Shown here: piece by piece, positions 1 through 10,828 of the stretch | How the letters are laid out: each line of letters starts with the position of its first letter | How positions within the stretch are numbered: the first letter of the stretch is position 1 | DNA from: Candidatus Poribacteria bacterium | Lineage (GTDB): Bacteria > Poribacteria > WGA-4E > WGA-3G | Assembly (NCBI GenBank): GCA_965198235.1 | Contig: OZ240248.1 | Location: 4,480,001-4,544,000, forward strand | Length of the DNA stretch: 64,000 nt | Reading direction: 5' to 3' | Notes under the pieces: generated by a model | What the model was told of the DNA's origin: nothing | The model's input: the letters and a program-made list of their open reading frames with translations, nothing else | The model's database searches: none | Position numbers and translations under genes: made by a program

Positions 1-70
1 AGGCTTCTGGCACACCAGACAGGATTTTTCGGACCGCGGCTACCTGCTTCGCCCCCAAAATCTTGTTCAA
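1..70 (-). CDS. 5' end of an unidentified gene running off the window edge
   Basis: GAAGGAG RBS, TTG start at 70, open frame MNKILGAKQVAAVRKILSGVPEA; sigma70 promoter at 239-267. Confidence 0.5.
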   Translation of the reverse strand, partial: MNKILGAKQVAAVRKILSGVPEA

Positions 71-238
71 AATGAATTCTCCTTCGTTGACTTTTTAGTA
101 GAATTTTTCGTCTTGCAAGTTTCTCCGAGATTTAATTCGTCCGACTCCACGCAACCCCTCTTCACGGGACAGAAGGATGAGGTGCTTCAGATTCCGCTTA
201 AAAAAGTTTCTGATCAACTCTCGCCAATATCTTAATAT

Positions 239-267
239 ATTTTAGCAGAATTTTGATTAAAAGTCAA
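239..267 (-). promoter_or_regulatory. sigma70-type promoter
   Basis: TTGACT-17bp-TAAAAT with extended -10 TG. Confidence 0.55.
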
Positions 268-343
268 GTAAAACTCAAGATAAAATTGAAAAGCACATAG
301 GATTAAAGCTACAAGCCTATCCTGATTATATCAAAAATTTGAC

Positions 344-372
344 TTGCAGAAATGCGAATTTTGTAGTATCAT
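344..372 (+). promoter_or_regulatory. sigma70-type promoter for the BMC genes
   Basis: TTGCAG-17bp-TATCAT. Confidence 0.4.
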
Positions 373-502
373 TATTAAGGAGCGTATTTGATAAAGGGGA
401 CGCTGCGCGTACCGAGACTATAGCAAACTTACAAACAGACATCGGTGGCGCGCCGCACGGTGCCTCGCATTCTACTTTTTCACAGATAAGGAGCTTGACT
501 AC

Positions 503-802
503 ATGAGCAATGAAGCATTAGGAATGGTTGAAACACGCGGACTCATTGGTGCGATCGAAGCTGCCGACACCATGGTGAAAGCCGCAAACGTCAAACTGAT
601 TGGAAAAGAACAGGTAGGTGGCGGTTTCGTCACTGTTCTGGTTCGCGGAGACGTCGGTGCGGTGCAAGCCGCGACAGATGCTGGAGCAGAAGCGGCAAAA
701 TCAGTCGGCGAATTAGTGTCGGTGCACGTCATCCCTCGCCCACATTCAGATGTAGAGGCCATTCTCGGCGGGAATTCTTCTGCCAAGGGTAACAGCGAAT
801 AA
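503..802 (+). CDS. bacterial microcompartment hexameric shell protein (BMC-H, EutM/PduA/CcmK family)
   Basis: [26 protein letters not shown]...RGDVGAV...HVIPRPH signature; AAGGAG RBS. Confidence 0.95.
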   Translation: MSNEALGMVETRGLIGAIEAADTMVKAANVKLIGKEQVGGGFVTVLVRGDVGAVQAATDAGAEAAKSVGELVSVHVIPRPHSDVEAILGGNSSAKGNSE

Positions 803-810
803 ATCGGCTT

Positions 811-848
811 TGTAGGGTGAGGAATGGCTTTCGTACCTCAGCCCTACA
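811..848. repeat. GTAG-type REP-like hairpin
   Basis: TGTAGGGTGAGG...CCTCAGCCCTACA; a similar GTAGGG...CCCTAC hairpin lies at about 47615-47649. Confidence 0.5.
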
Positions 849-968
849 CCGCTTTAGCAGAGAACACGTTGCGCTCCCACACGGTCTGTATCTATCGCCT
901 GGATCCGTTAGTGGTTTCAGCACGTGTTCCCGTAGCGCGTCCTGCGCAACGAGGTATTGGAGGGCTGA

Positions 969-2399
969 ATGGCACAAATTGACGAAAAACAGATTGAAGA
1001 GATTGTCTCCCAAGTATTAAGAACACTACAACAAGACGGAACAGTTGCAAGACAGCCTGCTACGTCCGCGGCGGTGAGTTCCTCCTCGCGGGCAGGCGTT
1101 TTTGGGACAGCGACAGAGGCGATCGCAGCCGCAGAAACGGCACAGGCAGCATTTGTCAAACTTGGGTTTGCAAAAAGACGCGAGATCATCGAAGCGATCA
1201 AAGAAGTATCGCTCGCGAACGCGAAACGTCTCGCGGACTTGGCAGTACAAGACACAAATATGGGGAACGCGGTACATAAGGTGATGAAAAATGAGGGAGC
1301 TGTAACACTCTCACCGGGTGTGGAGGATCTTCTCTCCGAGGCGGTATCGGGTGATACTGGAACGCTTCTCATCGAATATGTCCCTTTCGGCGTTATCAAC
1401 TCGATTACCCCTACTACGAATCCGACATCAACGGTGATTAACCACGCGATTATAATGCTATCAGCAGGGAATGCTGTTGTGTTCAGCCCGCACCCAAATG
1501 CCCGCGACTGTACCGAAGAGACGATGCACGTTATCAACGAGGCAATCGTCAAGGCAGGGGGTCCCGCCAACCTGCTCACCTCGGTTGCAAACGCCAGCCT
1601 GCGAACGGCGAAGGAGATCATGGAGCATCCTGACATCGCCATGCTCGTCGCGACCGGTGGTGCATCCGTCGTCCGGACAGCACTCTCAAGCGGTAAAAAG
1701 ACAATCGCCGCCGGACCTGGCAATCCGCCTGCGATCATTGACGAAACAGCGGATGTTCAACAGGCAGCGCAACATGTCATTGCAGGCACCAGTTTCGACA
1801 ATAACCTGCTCTGCATCGGTGAAAAAGCACTTTTCGTTATCGATTCTGTAGCAAACGAAACGATTCAGGAGTTAACGCGGAATGGAGGTCATCTACTCGG
1901 TGCGAGCCAGCTTCAGGCATTAGAAGCGGTTGTCACAGAAAAAGAGGAATCAAACAAGGAATACATCGGTAAAGATGCGCTGACCATTTTAAACGCCGCC
2001 GGTATCACAGCCCCTGCAGAAACAGTCGCGATTGTTGTAGAAGTTCCAGCGGACCACGGGTTTGTTATCAACGAATATCTGATGCCGATTCTGCCCGTTG
2101 TGCGTTGCAGCGATTTCGACGAGGCGTTGGCAGGCGCAATCAGAGCAGAAGGCGGACGTGGGCACACCGCAGTGCTTCACACAAATAACACCAAACGCAT
2201 CACGCAGTTCACAAAAGCGATGGACTGTAGCGTTGTGGTCATTAACGCACCCTCTTACGCGTCCTGTGGATTAGAAGGCGAAGGATACCTCGCGATGACC
2301 ATTGCGGGACCGACAGGCGAAGGGTTCACGCGTCCACGCACCTTCACACGTCAGAGACGATTAACGATCGCAGGCGATTTATCAGCACACACACAGTGA
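969..2399 (+). CDS. CoA-acylating aldehyde dehydrogenase (EutE/PduP family) with N-terminal encapsulation peptide
   Basis: PFGVI..ITPTTNP, ATGG, AGPGNPP, SFDNNLLCIGEK (catalytic Cys); N-terminal IEEIVSQVLRTL amphipathic helix. Confidence 0.92.
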   Translation: MAQIDEKQIEEIVSQVLRTLQQDGTVARQPATSAAVSSSSRAGVFGTATEAIAAAETAQAAFVKLGFAKRREIIEAIKEVSLANAKRLADLAVQDTNMGNAVHKVMKNEGAVTLSPGVEDLLSEAVSGDTGTLLIEYVPFGVINSITPTTNPTSTVINHAIIMLSAGNAVVFSPHPNARDCTEETMHVINEAIVKAGGPANLLTSVANASLRTAKEIMEHPDIAMLVATGGASVVRTALSSGKKTIAAGPGNPPAIIDETADVQQAAQHVIAGTSFDNNLLCIGEKALFVIDSVANETIQELTRNGGHLLGASQLQALEAVVTEKEESNKEYIGKDALTILNAAGITAPAETVAIVVEVPADHGFVINEYLMPILPVVRCSDFDEALAGAIRAEGGRGHTAVLHTNNTKRITQFTKAMDCSVVVINAPSYASCGLEGEGYLAMTIAGPTGEGFTRPRTFTRQRRLTIAGDLSAHTQ

Positions 2400-2470
2400 C
2401 GCAAGTAGATGTATTTGCGACCGGTCAAGGTTGTTTAAAATTTTTCAGAAGCCCTTCTAAAACCGGGTAA

Positions 2471-4501
<2,031 letters not shown>

Positions 4502-4595
4502 ACTTTCCGTCTTTTACGCCTAAGCATTTCTATTGTCGAATCTACTTCTTTGTATTCCCGAATTGCTATCCCGCCGGTGTTGAATCCTAAGATCT

Positions 4596-5273
4596 TCATT
4601 CAGACGACTGGTAATATGCACACGATACCTGCAAACGACACTCTTGACAGTTCGGTGTTTTCTTGTGGCAGACTCTTGCACCGTGCCCAACAATCAGTGC
4701 ATGGTATTCGTTGAATAGGTCGACATCGTGGGGAAGGTTGTCCATAAACAGCGCACGAAGCTTGTCATAGTCATATCTCCCTGTAACCCATCCCAGCCGC
4801 GAGAAGAGCCTATAGGTATATGAATCAACAACAAAGCTCGGTTTGCCAGCAGCATAGAGGATAATCGTATCCGCTGTCTCAGGACCGACACCGTAGATAG
4901 AGAGCAGTTCTTCACGCAATTCGGGGACATCTTGCGTAAACATCATAGGCATAGGACGTTCTTCGATATGTTCCACAAATGCACGCACCTTCTGTGCCTT
5001 CATCCGAAAGTAGCGCGACGGGCGGAGGAGCCGTTCCAAAGAGGCTTGACTGATAGATGCTATCCCTTCAGGCGTAAAAGCATCAGCCCCTTTGAGATTG
5101 TCCATCGCTTTTTCGACGTTGCGCCACGAAGTCGCTTGTGTTAGGATCGCACCAAGTGCCACTTCAAATGGTGTGTCTGCGGGCCACCATTTACGGTTCC
5201 CGTGTTGCGCGAGAAGTTGATTATAGAGTGTAAACAGTTTTTTAGTAATATTTCCTTCACATAGAATTTGCAT
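4596..5273 (-). CDS. HhH-GPD / endonuclease III-related DNA glycosylase with 4Fe-4S motif
   Basis: WWPA..PFEV..GAILTQ, GVGPETAD, VVDSY, C-x6-C-x2-C-x5-C; start moved to MQILC to avoid overlap with the divergent gene. Confidence 0.85.
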   Translation of the reverse strand: MQILCEGNITKKLFTLYNQLLAQHGNRKWWPADTPFEVALGAILTQATSWRNVEKAMDNLKGADAFTPEGIASISQASLERLLRPSRYFRMKAQKVRAFVEHIEERPMPMMFTQDVPELREELLSIYGVGPETADTIILYAAGKPSFVVDSYTYRLFSRLGWVTGRYDYDKLRALFMDNLPHDVDLFNEYHALIVGHGARVCHKKTPNCQECRLQVSCAYYQSSE

Positions 5274-5307
5274 ACGCAGAAAGTCCTCTAACAAAAAAGG
5301 AAAAACT

Positions 5308-6186
5308 ATGGATTTAAGTTTCAGTACGAGCGCGGGCGACGGCGGTTGGAGCCTTGCCGAATGCGCAGCGTGGGCAAAAGCCAATGGATTTGACGCAATC
5401 CGTCCGAACGCCACCGGCGTTGTCGAACCGAGTGCCATTATACAATCTGGCGGTGAAGAGGTCAAGGAAATTCTGGATACCCACGGCATCTATCTCGCTG
5501 CCACAACAGCGCATAGTAACCTGCTTGACGATGACCCAGAAACACGGGAGAACGCGCGTGACGCATTGATGCAAGCAATCGAAGCGACACACATTCTTGG
5601 TGCCCCCGTGGTGGTGACCTACGCTGGCAGTCCCGTGAGTTGGCATTTCTATGGGCAGTTCTCATCAGAACCGGGCAATCCAGGAGACAGGTCGGTTGAA
5701 CTCGTCGGGCGATTTAAAGAGATGTGGACCCCTGTCGTCCGCTTCGCCGAAGAGAAAGGCGTGCAGCTTGCGCTTGATTGCGCCGTACGCATGGGCAACA
5801 TCGCCTGCAATCCGGAAATGTGGGAACGTATCCTCGAGGCAATTCCGTCAGATTCGCTGGGGCTGTCTTGTGACCCGTCGCACTGGCTCTGGATGGGGAT
5901 TTTACCCGCTGAGGACGCAATTCGCATGTTTAACGGCAAGTGGTATTACGCCGATGTGAAGGATTGCGAAATCAGTCCACAGATGCAGTTTCGGCAGGGC
6001 ATCATCGGGAACTGGTGGTGGCAATACCGTGTGCCCGGGCGCGGGCAATTGAATTGGGGGACGATCACCGGTGCGCTGCAGGAATCTGGCTACGATTATG
6101 TCCTATGCGTTGAAAACGAGGATCGCGGTGCCCCAGGATTAGAGGGTTTCGCCCTCGGCGGTAGGTATCTCCGGCAATTTCTATAG
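5308..6186 (+). CDS. sugar phosphate isomerase/epimerase (AP endonuclease 2 TIM barrel)
   Basis: LGLSCDPSH, VKD, RVPGRGQLNW, CVENED motifs. Confidence 0.8.
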   Translation: MDLSFSTSAGDGGWSLAECAAWAKANGFDAIRPNATGVVEPSAIIQSGGEEVKEILDTHGIYLAATTAHSNLLDDDPETRENARDALMQAIEATHILGAPVVVTYAGSPVSWHFYGQFSSEPGNPGDRSVELVGRFKEMWTPVVRFAEEKGVQLALDCAVRMGNIACNPEMWERILEAIPSDSLGLSCDPSHWLWMGILPAEDAIRMFNGKWYYADVKDCEISPQMQFRQGIIGNWWWQYRVPGRGQLNWGTITGALQESGYDYVLCVENEDRGAPGLEGFALGGRYLRQFL

Positions 6187-6200
6187 GCAACTTTTAGATT

Positions 6201-6252
6201 CTATAAACATGCTGAAGAAACACCCAAGCAAATAAACCTTACAGGACTCAAA
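6201..6252. repeat. dispersed repeat family D (TTGCTTGGG core)
   Basis: reverse complement nearly identical to 59530-59581 and similar to 59603-59646; core also repeated in tandem at about 38195-38260. Confidence 0.8.
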
Positions 6253-6409
6253 AGGGGTGCGAATCCGCTAGACTTGCGGACCTATCCTTCCCATCGGGAA
6301 ACTAAAGAATGGAAAACTAAATGACCCTATCTGTCTACTTCTTGCAATTGATTTCGATTTGTGCTAATCTACAAGTGCATCCTATCCTGCTCGAAACGAC
6401 GGATAAAAA

Positions 6410-7471
6410 ATGGTAAAGCAATTACAACCGAAATCACACAGAATCGTGATTCTTGCCGAGGGTTCGTTCGGTATTCTCGAATCGAAAACCGCTACGGTTT
6501 TAGTTCGCTATCTCCCTGAGAACGTTGTCGCAGTTATCGACAGTGCGAATGCGGGACGAGACACCAGTGAGATCATTGAGATTGGGGCGGGTATCCCTAT
6601 TGTCCAGGATCTCGCCGAAGCGATGCAATTTGAGCCGACACTGCTCGCTATCGGTATTGCCCCACCCGGCGGCGAGCTGCCGTATGCTTGGCGCGCAATC
6701 CTTCACGAAGCGATACACAACCGTTTACACGTTATGAGTGGTTTGCACCAATTCCTGAGTGAGGATACAGAACTCGCAGCACTCGCAGCGGCACACGATG
6801 TGCTGTTATGGGATGCCCGGAAACCGCCTGCCAACCTACCCGTCGCCACGTGCAAAGCCGATGAGGTCGATGCCACAGTTATCTTAACCGTGGGTTCAGA
6901 TTGCCGCGTGGGTAAAATGCTATCCGGCATAGAGGTCACGCGTGCGGCACGCGAGCGCGGTTTGGATGCTGAATTCTGTCCAACGGGGCAAAACGGGATC
7001 ATGGTATGGGGCTGGGGTATTGCGATCGATGCCGTTGTCTCTGATTTCACTGCCGGTGCCGCGGAGCAGATTGTGCTTGAAGGTGCGAAAGACCATTCGC
7101 TTCTTATCGTTGAAGGACAGGGTTCGCTCGTCCATCCTGGATACTCTGGCGTGACGTTAAGCTTGCTCCACGGCAGTCTGCCAGATGCGATGATATTTTG
7201 TCATCAACCCTCGCGGGATACGGTTGCTCGGTATACGGTGCCGTTGCCATCGTTACTTGAGATGATAGCACAGTATGAAGCAATGGCTGCCCCAATAAAG
7301 CCTGCCAAAGTGATCGGATTGGCGTTGAATTGTTTCGATCTGTCCGAGGCAGCGGCGCGTGAGGCAGTCATGGCAGCGGAGGCAGAGACGGGGTTACCTG
7401 CAACGGATGTCGTGCGATTCGGTGCAGATAAACTCGTTGACGCTGTTCAGAAGGTGCACACAGGAAAGTAG
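6410..7471 (+). CDS. DUF1611 / DgcN-like P-loop protein (D-glutamate N-acetyltransferase family)
   Basis: GIAPPGG, TVGSDCRVGK, TGQNGI, IDAVVSDF, VEGQGSL.HP. Confidence 0.85.
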   Translation: MVKQLQPKSHRIVILAEGSFGILESKTATVLVRYLPENVVAVIDSANAGRDTSEIIEIGAGIPIVQDLAEAMQFEPTLLAIGIAPPGGELPYAWRAILHEAIHNRLHVMSGLHQFLSEDTELAALAAAHDVLLWDARKPPANLPVATCKADEVDATVILTVGSDCRVGKMLSGIEVTRAARERGLDAEFCPTGQNGIMVWGWGIAIDAVVSDFTAGAAEQIVLEGAKDHSLLIVEGQGSLVHPGYSGVTLSLLHGSLPDAMIFCHQPSRDTVARYTVPLPSLLEMIAQYEAMAAPIKPAKVIGLALNCFDLSEAAAREAVMAAEAETGLPATDVVRFGADKLVDAVQKVHTGK

Positions 7472-7483
7472 GGAAAAATTCCA

Positions 7484-8929
7484 ATGAGAAAGATAAAAAG
7501 ACCTGAAACATCAGAAACGCCCAAACATACAAATGTCGAAATTTCGGTTAAGAACTTCGGTCCGATTGCAGATGCTACAATAAATCTTCATCCGTTGACA
7601 GTGTTTGTAGGTCCGAGCAACACAGGGAAAACTTATTTTTCCACGCTTATCTATGCGTTGCACGGGGTTTTTACCGGATTCTTAAAATTCCCAGGACGAT
7701 TTAAACACTTAGGCCTCCACGGTTTCAAGGACTTGGTAGATCGAAATTGGAACGAGATTCGTTCGATTCTCAAAAAACTAAACACATCTGATCAATCATT
7801 TCAGTTTTCTGATTTGCCCCAGGAAATTCGTGAGAGTTTAGAGTCAGACCTCAAGAATCCGGAAAGCATAGCGAATGAACTCAAGCGCTGCTTTGATTTA
7901 AATTCAATTACAGAATTGATTCGTTTAAAAAACGGTCAACGCAGTGAAATGAACATCTCTCTGGAAGTCAGGAGGGAAAATCAGAGTCTATGGGATTTCG
8001 ATATAGAAAGCGACGAATCAAACTTTGCGGTATGTGGTTCAGTTAACAAAGATTTAGTACTTTACAACAAAGAGTCATTAATCTCAAACGGGGCACTCGA
8101 TATTGATGATTTATTCTTCTGGGCCTCTACTGAATTAGAGAAATATGCAGAAAACAGAACCTACTTACCGGCCGCCCGAAGTGGGATTATGCAGAGTCAC
8201 CGAGTGATTGCAAGCTCACTGGTCGAACGTGCGACTCGCGGAGGTCTCACCCCTCTAGAAGTTCCAACATTCTCAGGGATTGTCGCAGATTTTATGCAGC
8301 AACTCATACTCTACAAAGAATCCGAAGCACCTGACGAAGGAATGAAACACCTTGCCGAAGCCATAGAATCCGATATACTCGCAGGTCAGATACTCATGAA
8401 ACCTACACCAAGTGGATATCCGGAATTTCTTTACCGCCCGCGCGTAATGGGGGAAGAAGTCCGTCTCACACGTGCAGCGTCTATGGTGTCTGAACTTGCT
8501 CCTGTTGTGCTGTTTCTCCGCGGTGGGATTCGCCCTGGCAATACGCTTATTATCGAGGAACCGGAGGCGCATCTGCACCCCGGTGCACAAACTGATATAG
8601 CATTAACCCTTGCCGGCTTAGTCCGTGCTGGTGTTCGTGTGGTTGTGACAACACACAGCGACTGGTTGCTGAAAGAAATCGCGAATCTGATTCGGATAGG
8701 AGATCTGAAAAGAAAAGGTGTGCCACAAGTGAAAAAGATGGAATCAATATACTGGCTGCTACCAGAAGACGTAGGAACATGGTGGTTTCAAAAGGACGGG
8801 ATAGTGAAACATATTCCCTTTGACCCCACTGAGGGCATAGAACCGAAAGATTACGAAGATGTGGCTTATAAACTCTATGACCAGTCGGTTAACCTCCAAG
8901 ACCTACTTGAGAAAGTCAACAGGGAGTAG
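7484..8929 (+). CDS. ABC-type ATPase (AAA_15/AAA_21, OLD/AbiEii-like)
   Basis: KNFGPI, Walker A GPSNTGKT, YLPAARSG, Walker B IIEEPEAHLHP, TTHS H-loop; no TM partner. Confidence 0.85.
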   Translation: MRKIKRPETSETPKHTNVEISVKNFGPIADATINLHPLTVFVGPSNTGKTYFSTLIYALHGVFTGFLKFPGRFKHLGLHGFKDLVDRNWNEIRSILKKLNTSDQSFQFSDLPQEIRESLESDLKNPESIANELKRCFDLNSITELIRLKNGQRSEMNISLEVRRENQSLWDFDIESDESNFAVCGSVNKDLVLYNKESLISNGALDIDDLFFWASTELEKYAENRTYLPAARSGIMQSHRVIASSLVERATRGGLTPLEVPTFSGIVADFMQQLILYKESEAPDEGMKHLAEAIESDILAGQILMKPTPSGYPEFLYRPRVMGEEVRLTRAASMVSELAPVVLFLRGGIRPGNTLIIEEPEAHLHPGAQTDIALTLAGLVRAGVRVVVTTHSDWLLKEIANLIRIGDLKRKGVPQVKKMESIYWLLPEDVGTWWFQKDGIVKHIPFDPTEGIEPKDYEDVAYKLYDQSVNLQDLLEKVNRE

Positions 8930-8935
8930 CAGCGA

Positions 8936-9451
8936 GTGGGATTCAAAGAGCTTCTTACAGAAATCGGGAAGCAGGTAAATGAAGAATGCCTTAGCAAATC
9001 CTGTAGCGGAGATGGATGTCGTGTATATCTAACTGGTACCCCCTCTGACCGAGTTATCGTAAATCTTGAATGTGAGTTTAAACAGCGTAAAATAGACGCA
9101 AAACGATGTGATTATGTCCTCTTCTGTGGGGATGCCTCTCAAAATAATTTGGTTGTTGTTCTCATAGAACTCAAAAGCGGTACTTTTAAAACAACAGCAG
9201 TGACCGACCAACTACAAAGAGGTGCTAACTTCGTCACAGAAATGTTTGAAAAATTGCCTGAGGAGGCAAACGCGGCACTAAGCACACTCGAAATTACATG
9301 CGTTCCTGCTCTGTTTCATGGTAAACGCATCGACAGATTTGAACTCCGCGAACTCGAACGTGCTAAAATCCGCTTCCTTAGTCAGAACCCAACAATTAAG
9401 AGACGTAAATGTGGCGAACCAAAGAATCTTGCCTTAGTTTTGAGAGGATAA
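8936..9451 (+). CDS. putative PD-(D/E)XK nuclease
   Basis: KRCDY...VVLIELKSG...QL motif; GGGAG RBS, GTG start 6 nt after the ATPase stop. Confidence 0.6.
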   Translation: MGFKELLTEIGKQVNEECLSKSCSGDGCRVYLTGTPSDRVIVNLECEFKQRKIDAKRCDYVLFCGDASQNNLVVVLIELKSGTFKTTAVTDQLQRGANFVTEMFEKLPEEANAALSTLEITCVPALFHGKRIDRFELRELERAKIRFLSQNPTIKRRKCGEPKNLALVLRG

Positions 9452-9557
9452 ACCGTTCTAAAACTTCGACACCCTCTCAAAAAGAGAGCTCACAGAGAAA
9501 ACGGAAGCATACTATAATCCTCTATCTCAGAAGAACCAAGGAAGGAGATGTAAACCT

Positions 9558-10358
9558 ATGACTGACGAAGAAAAATTTCGATTTGACTTGAGTGGATTCC
9601 TCGTCCGTCCCGCGATCCTTGAACGCGACGAAGTAGCCGCAATTGTTGAACAAATTGAACGGATACATCACGAACCAGAGTCTTTACCGCCAGAACACCG
9701 CGCCGTTCCCGGTGGTCCTGCGAGTGTCCTGATCGACCACCCCAAAGTGCTCGATGTCTTGCACGAAATCATCGGACCCGATGTCCGGTTAGAGAACTGT
9801 TCCTCCGTCTGGCGTGAAAAGGGGCAGGAACACGGTGGACTCCACGGCGGCGGACCGCAACAAGGCGATCCGATCTTCGGGTACCGCTTCAATAATGGAC
9901 GCATTCACGCAGGGATGGTGCGCGTCGTCTTTGAACTCACAGATGTCACCAAAAAGGATGGTGCGACACACTTCATAGCGGGCAGTCATAAGTCTAACTT
10001 CCCGATGCATCCGGATCACATGTCGTTAGAGGACGGGGAACGGAGTCCGTTCCTGATGTCGTATGAATGTCCAGCAGGCAGTGCGATCTTCTTTACCGAG
10101 AACCTGTGTCATGCAGGTCCCGTGTGGCAACGGGAGGCACCCCGCGTCGCAGTGCTAAACGCCTACGCACATCTCGCGACCCACTGGCATCGGTTAAAGA
10201 CTCCCCCTGAAGTAATCTCCGCGCTACCGCGTGACAAGCAGGCATATTTCCGTGAACCGTGGGTCGCTGATTTCCGCACAAGCCCGGCAACGATTAATAC
10301 GATCGAACGGTTTTTGAACAACGACGAACCGCCTGTCAATACCGATACCAAGCCGTGA
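9558..10358 (+). CDS. PhyH-family Fe(II)/2-oxoglutarate oxygenase, HxG variant
   Basis: FDLSGFLV, LHGG, FIAGSHK, AGSAIFFTENLCHAG..W..R. Confidence 0.8.
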   Translation: MTDEEKFRFDLSGFLVRPAILERDEVAAIVEQIERIHHEPESLPPEHRAVPGGPASVLIDHPKVLDVLHEIIGPDVRLENCSSVWREKGQEHGGLHGGGPQQGDPIFGYRFNNGRIHAGMVRVVFELTDVTKKDGATHFIAGSHKSNFPMHPDHMSLEDGERSPFLMSYECPAGSAIFFTENLCHAGPVWQREAPRVAVLNAYAHLATHWHRLKTPPEVISALPRDKQAYFREPWVADFRTSPATINTIERFLNNDEPPVNTDTKP

Positions 10359-10475
10359 CATAAAATGGCGAGGTGTAGAAACCTCGCCAGCGATCATAGT
10401 TGCGTTGTGTAGGGCGGAGTTCAATCTGCCCATCGTTGAAATATTTTACAACCAGAAATAAAACGCAGTCCAGCG

Positions 10476-10595
10476 TTACGGCATCGTCGGTACAGTAATC
10501 TCACCAGCGATGATGCCTGCTTTCAGTGCCTCAACTTTTTCGAGGAGTTCCTCAGAAAGCAGATCGCTGTTGCCTTCACCAAGCATATAACCCAA
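10476..10595 (-). pseudogene. C-terminal remnant of a BMP-family ABC substrate-binding lipoprotein
   Basis: GY...LLSEELLEKVEALKAGIIAGEITVP resembles BMP C-termini; truncated next to a repeat arm at 10599-10622. Confidence 0.6.
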
Positions 10596-10689
10596 ACTAT
10601 TAAAATATTTCTTAAACTTCATAACCCCATTACCGAACTTGGGCACCCAAAACCCGAGAAAAAACGACTCTATCCGTGCTGAAAATACC

Positions 10690-10718
10690 TTGCTTTTTCG
10701 CGTTAAATCAGGTATAAT
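10690..10718 (+). promoter_or_regulatory. sigma70-type promoter for the helicase
   Basis: TTGCTT-17bp-TATAAT. Confidence 0.55.
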
Positions 10719-10828
10719 AATCATGGAATTACTACAGTGGAAACGACTAAATTTCAGCATAAATATTACATCATATCAACGATAAAAAAACATATCAATT
10801 TCCGATAGAATGTACGGAGGGAAACCCG

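Noticed and set aside
90-235. Possible riboswitch in the long leader of the edge gene
   Set aside because: No match by eye to glycine, c-di-AMP, cobalamin, TPP or SAM consensus; needs an Rfam scan.
917-1738. 273-aa antisense ORF, and the many similar short antisense ORFs in the track
   Set aside because: Shadow frames of well-supported genes, with no RBS or motifs.
5274-5489. N-terminal extension of the glycosylase ORF
   Set aside because: It overlaps the divergent TIM-barrel gene on the opposite strand; an ORF-caller artefact.
8927-8938. Amber readthrough fusing the ATPase and nuclease
   Set aside because: The frames match, but a well-spaced GGGAG RBS explains independent initiation and no Pyl machinery is visible.
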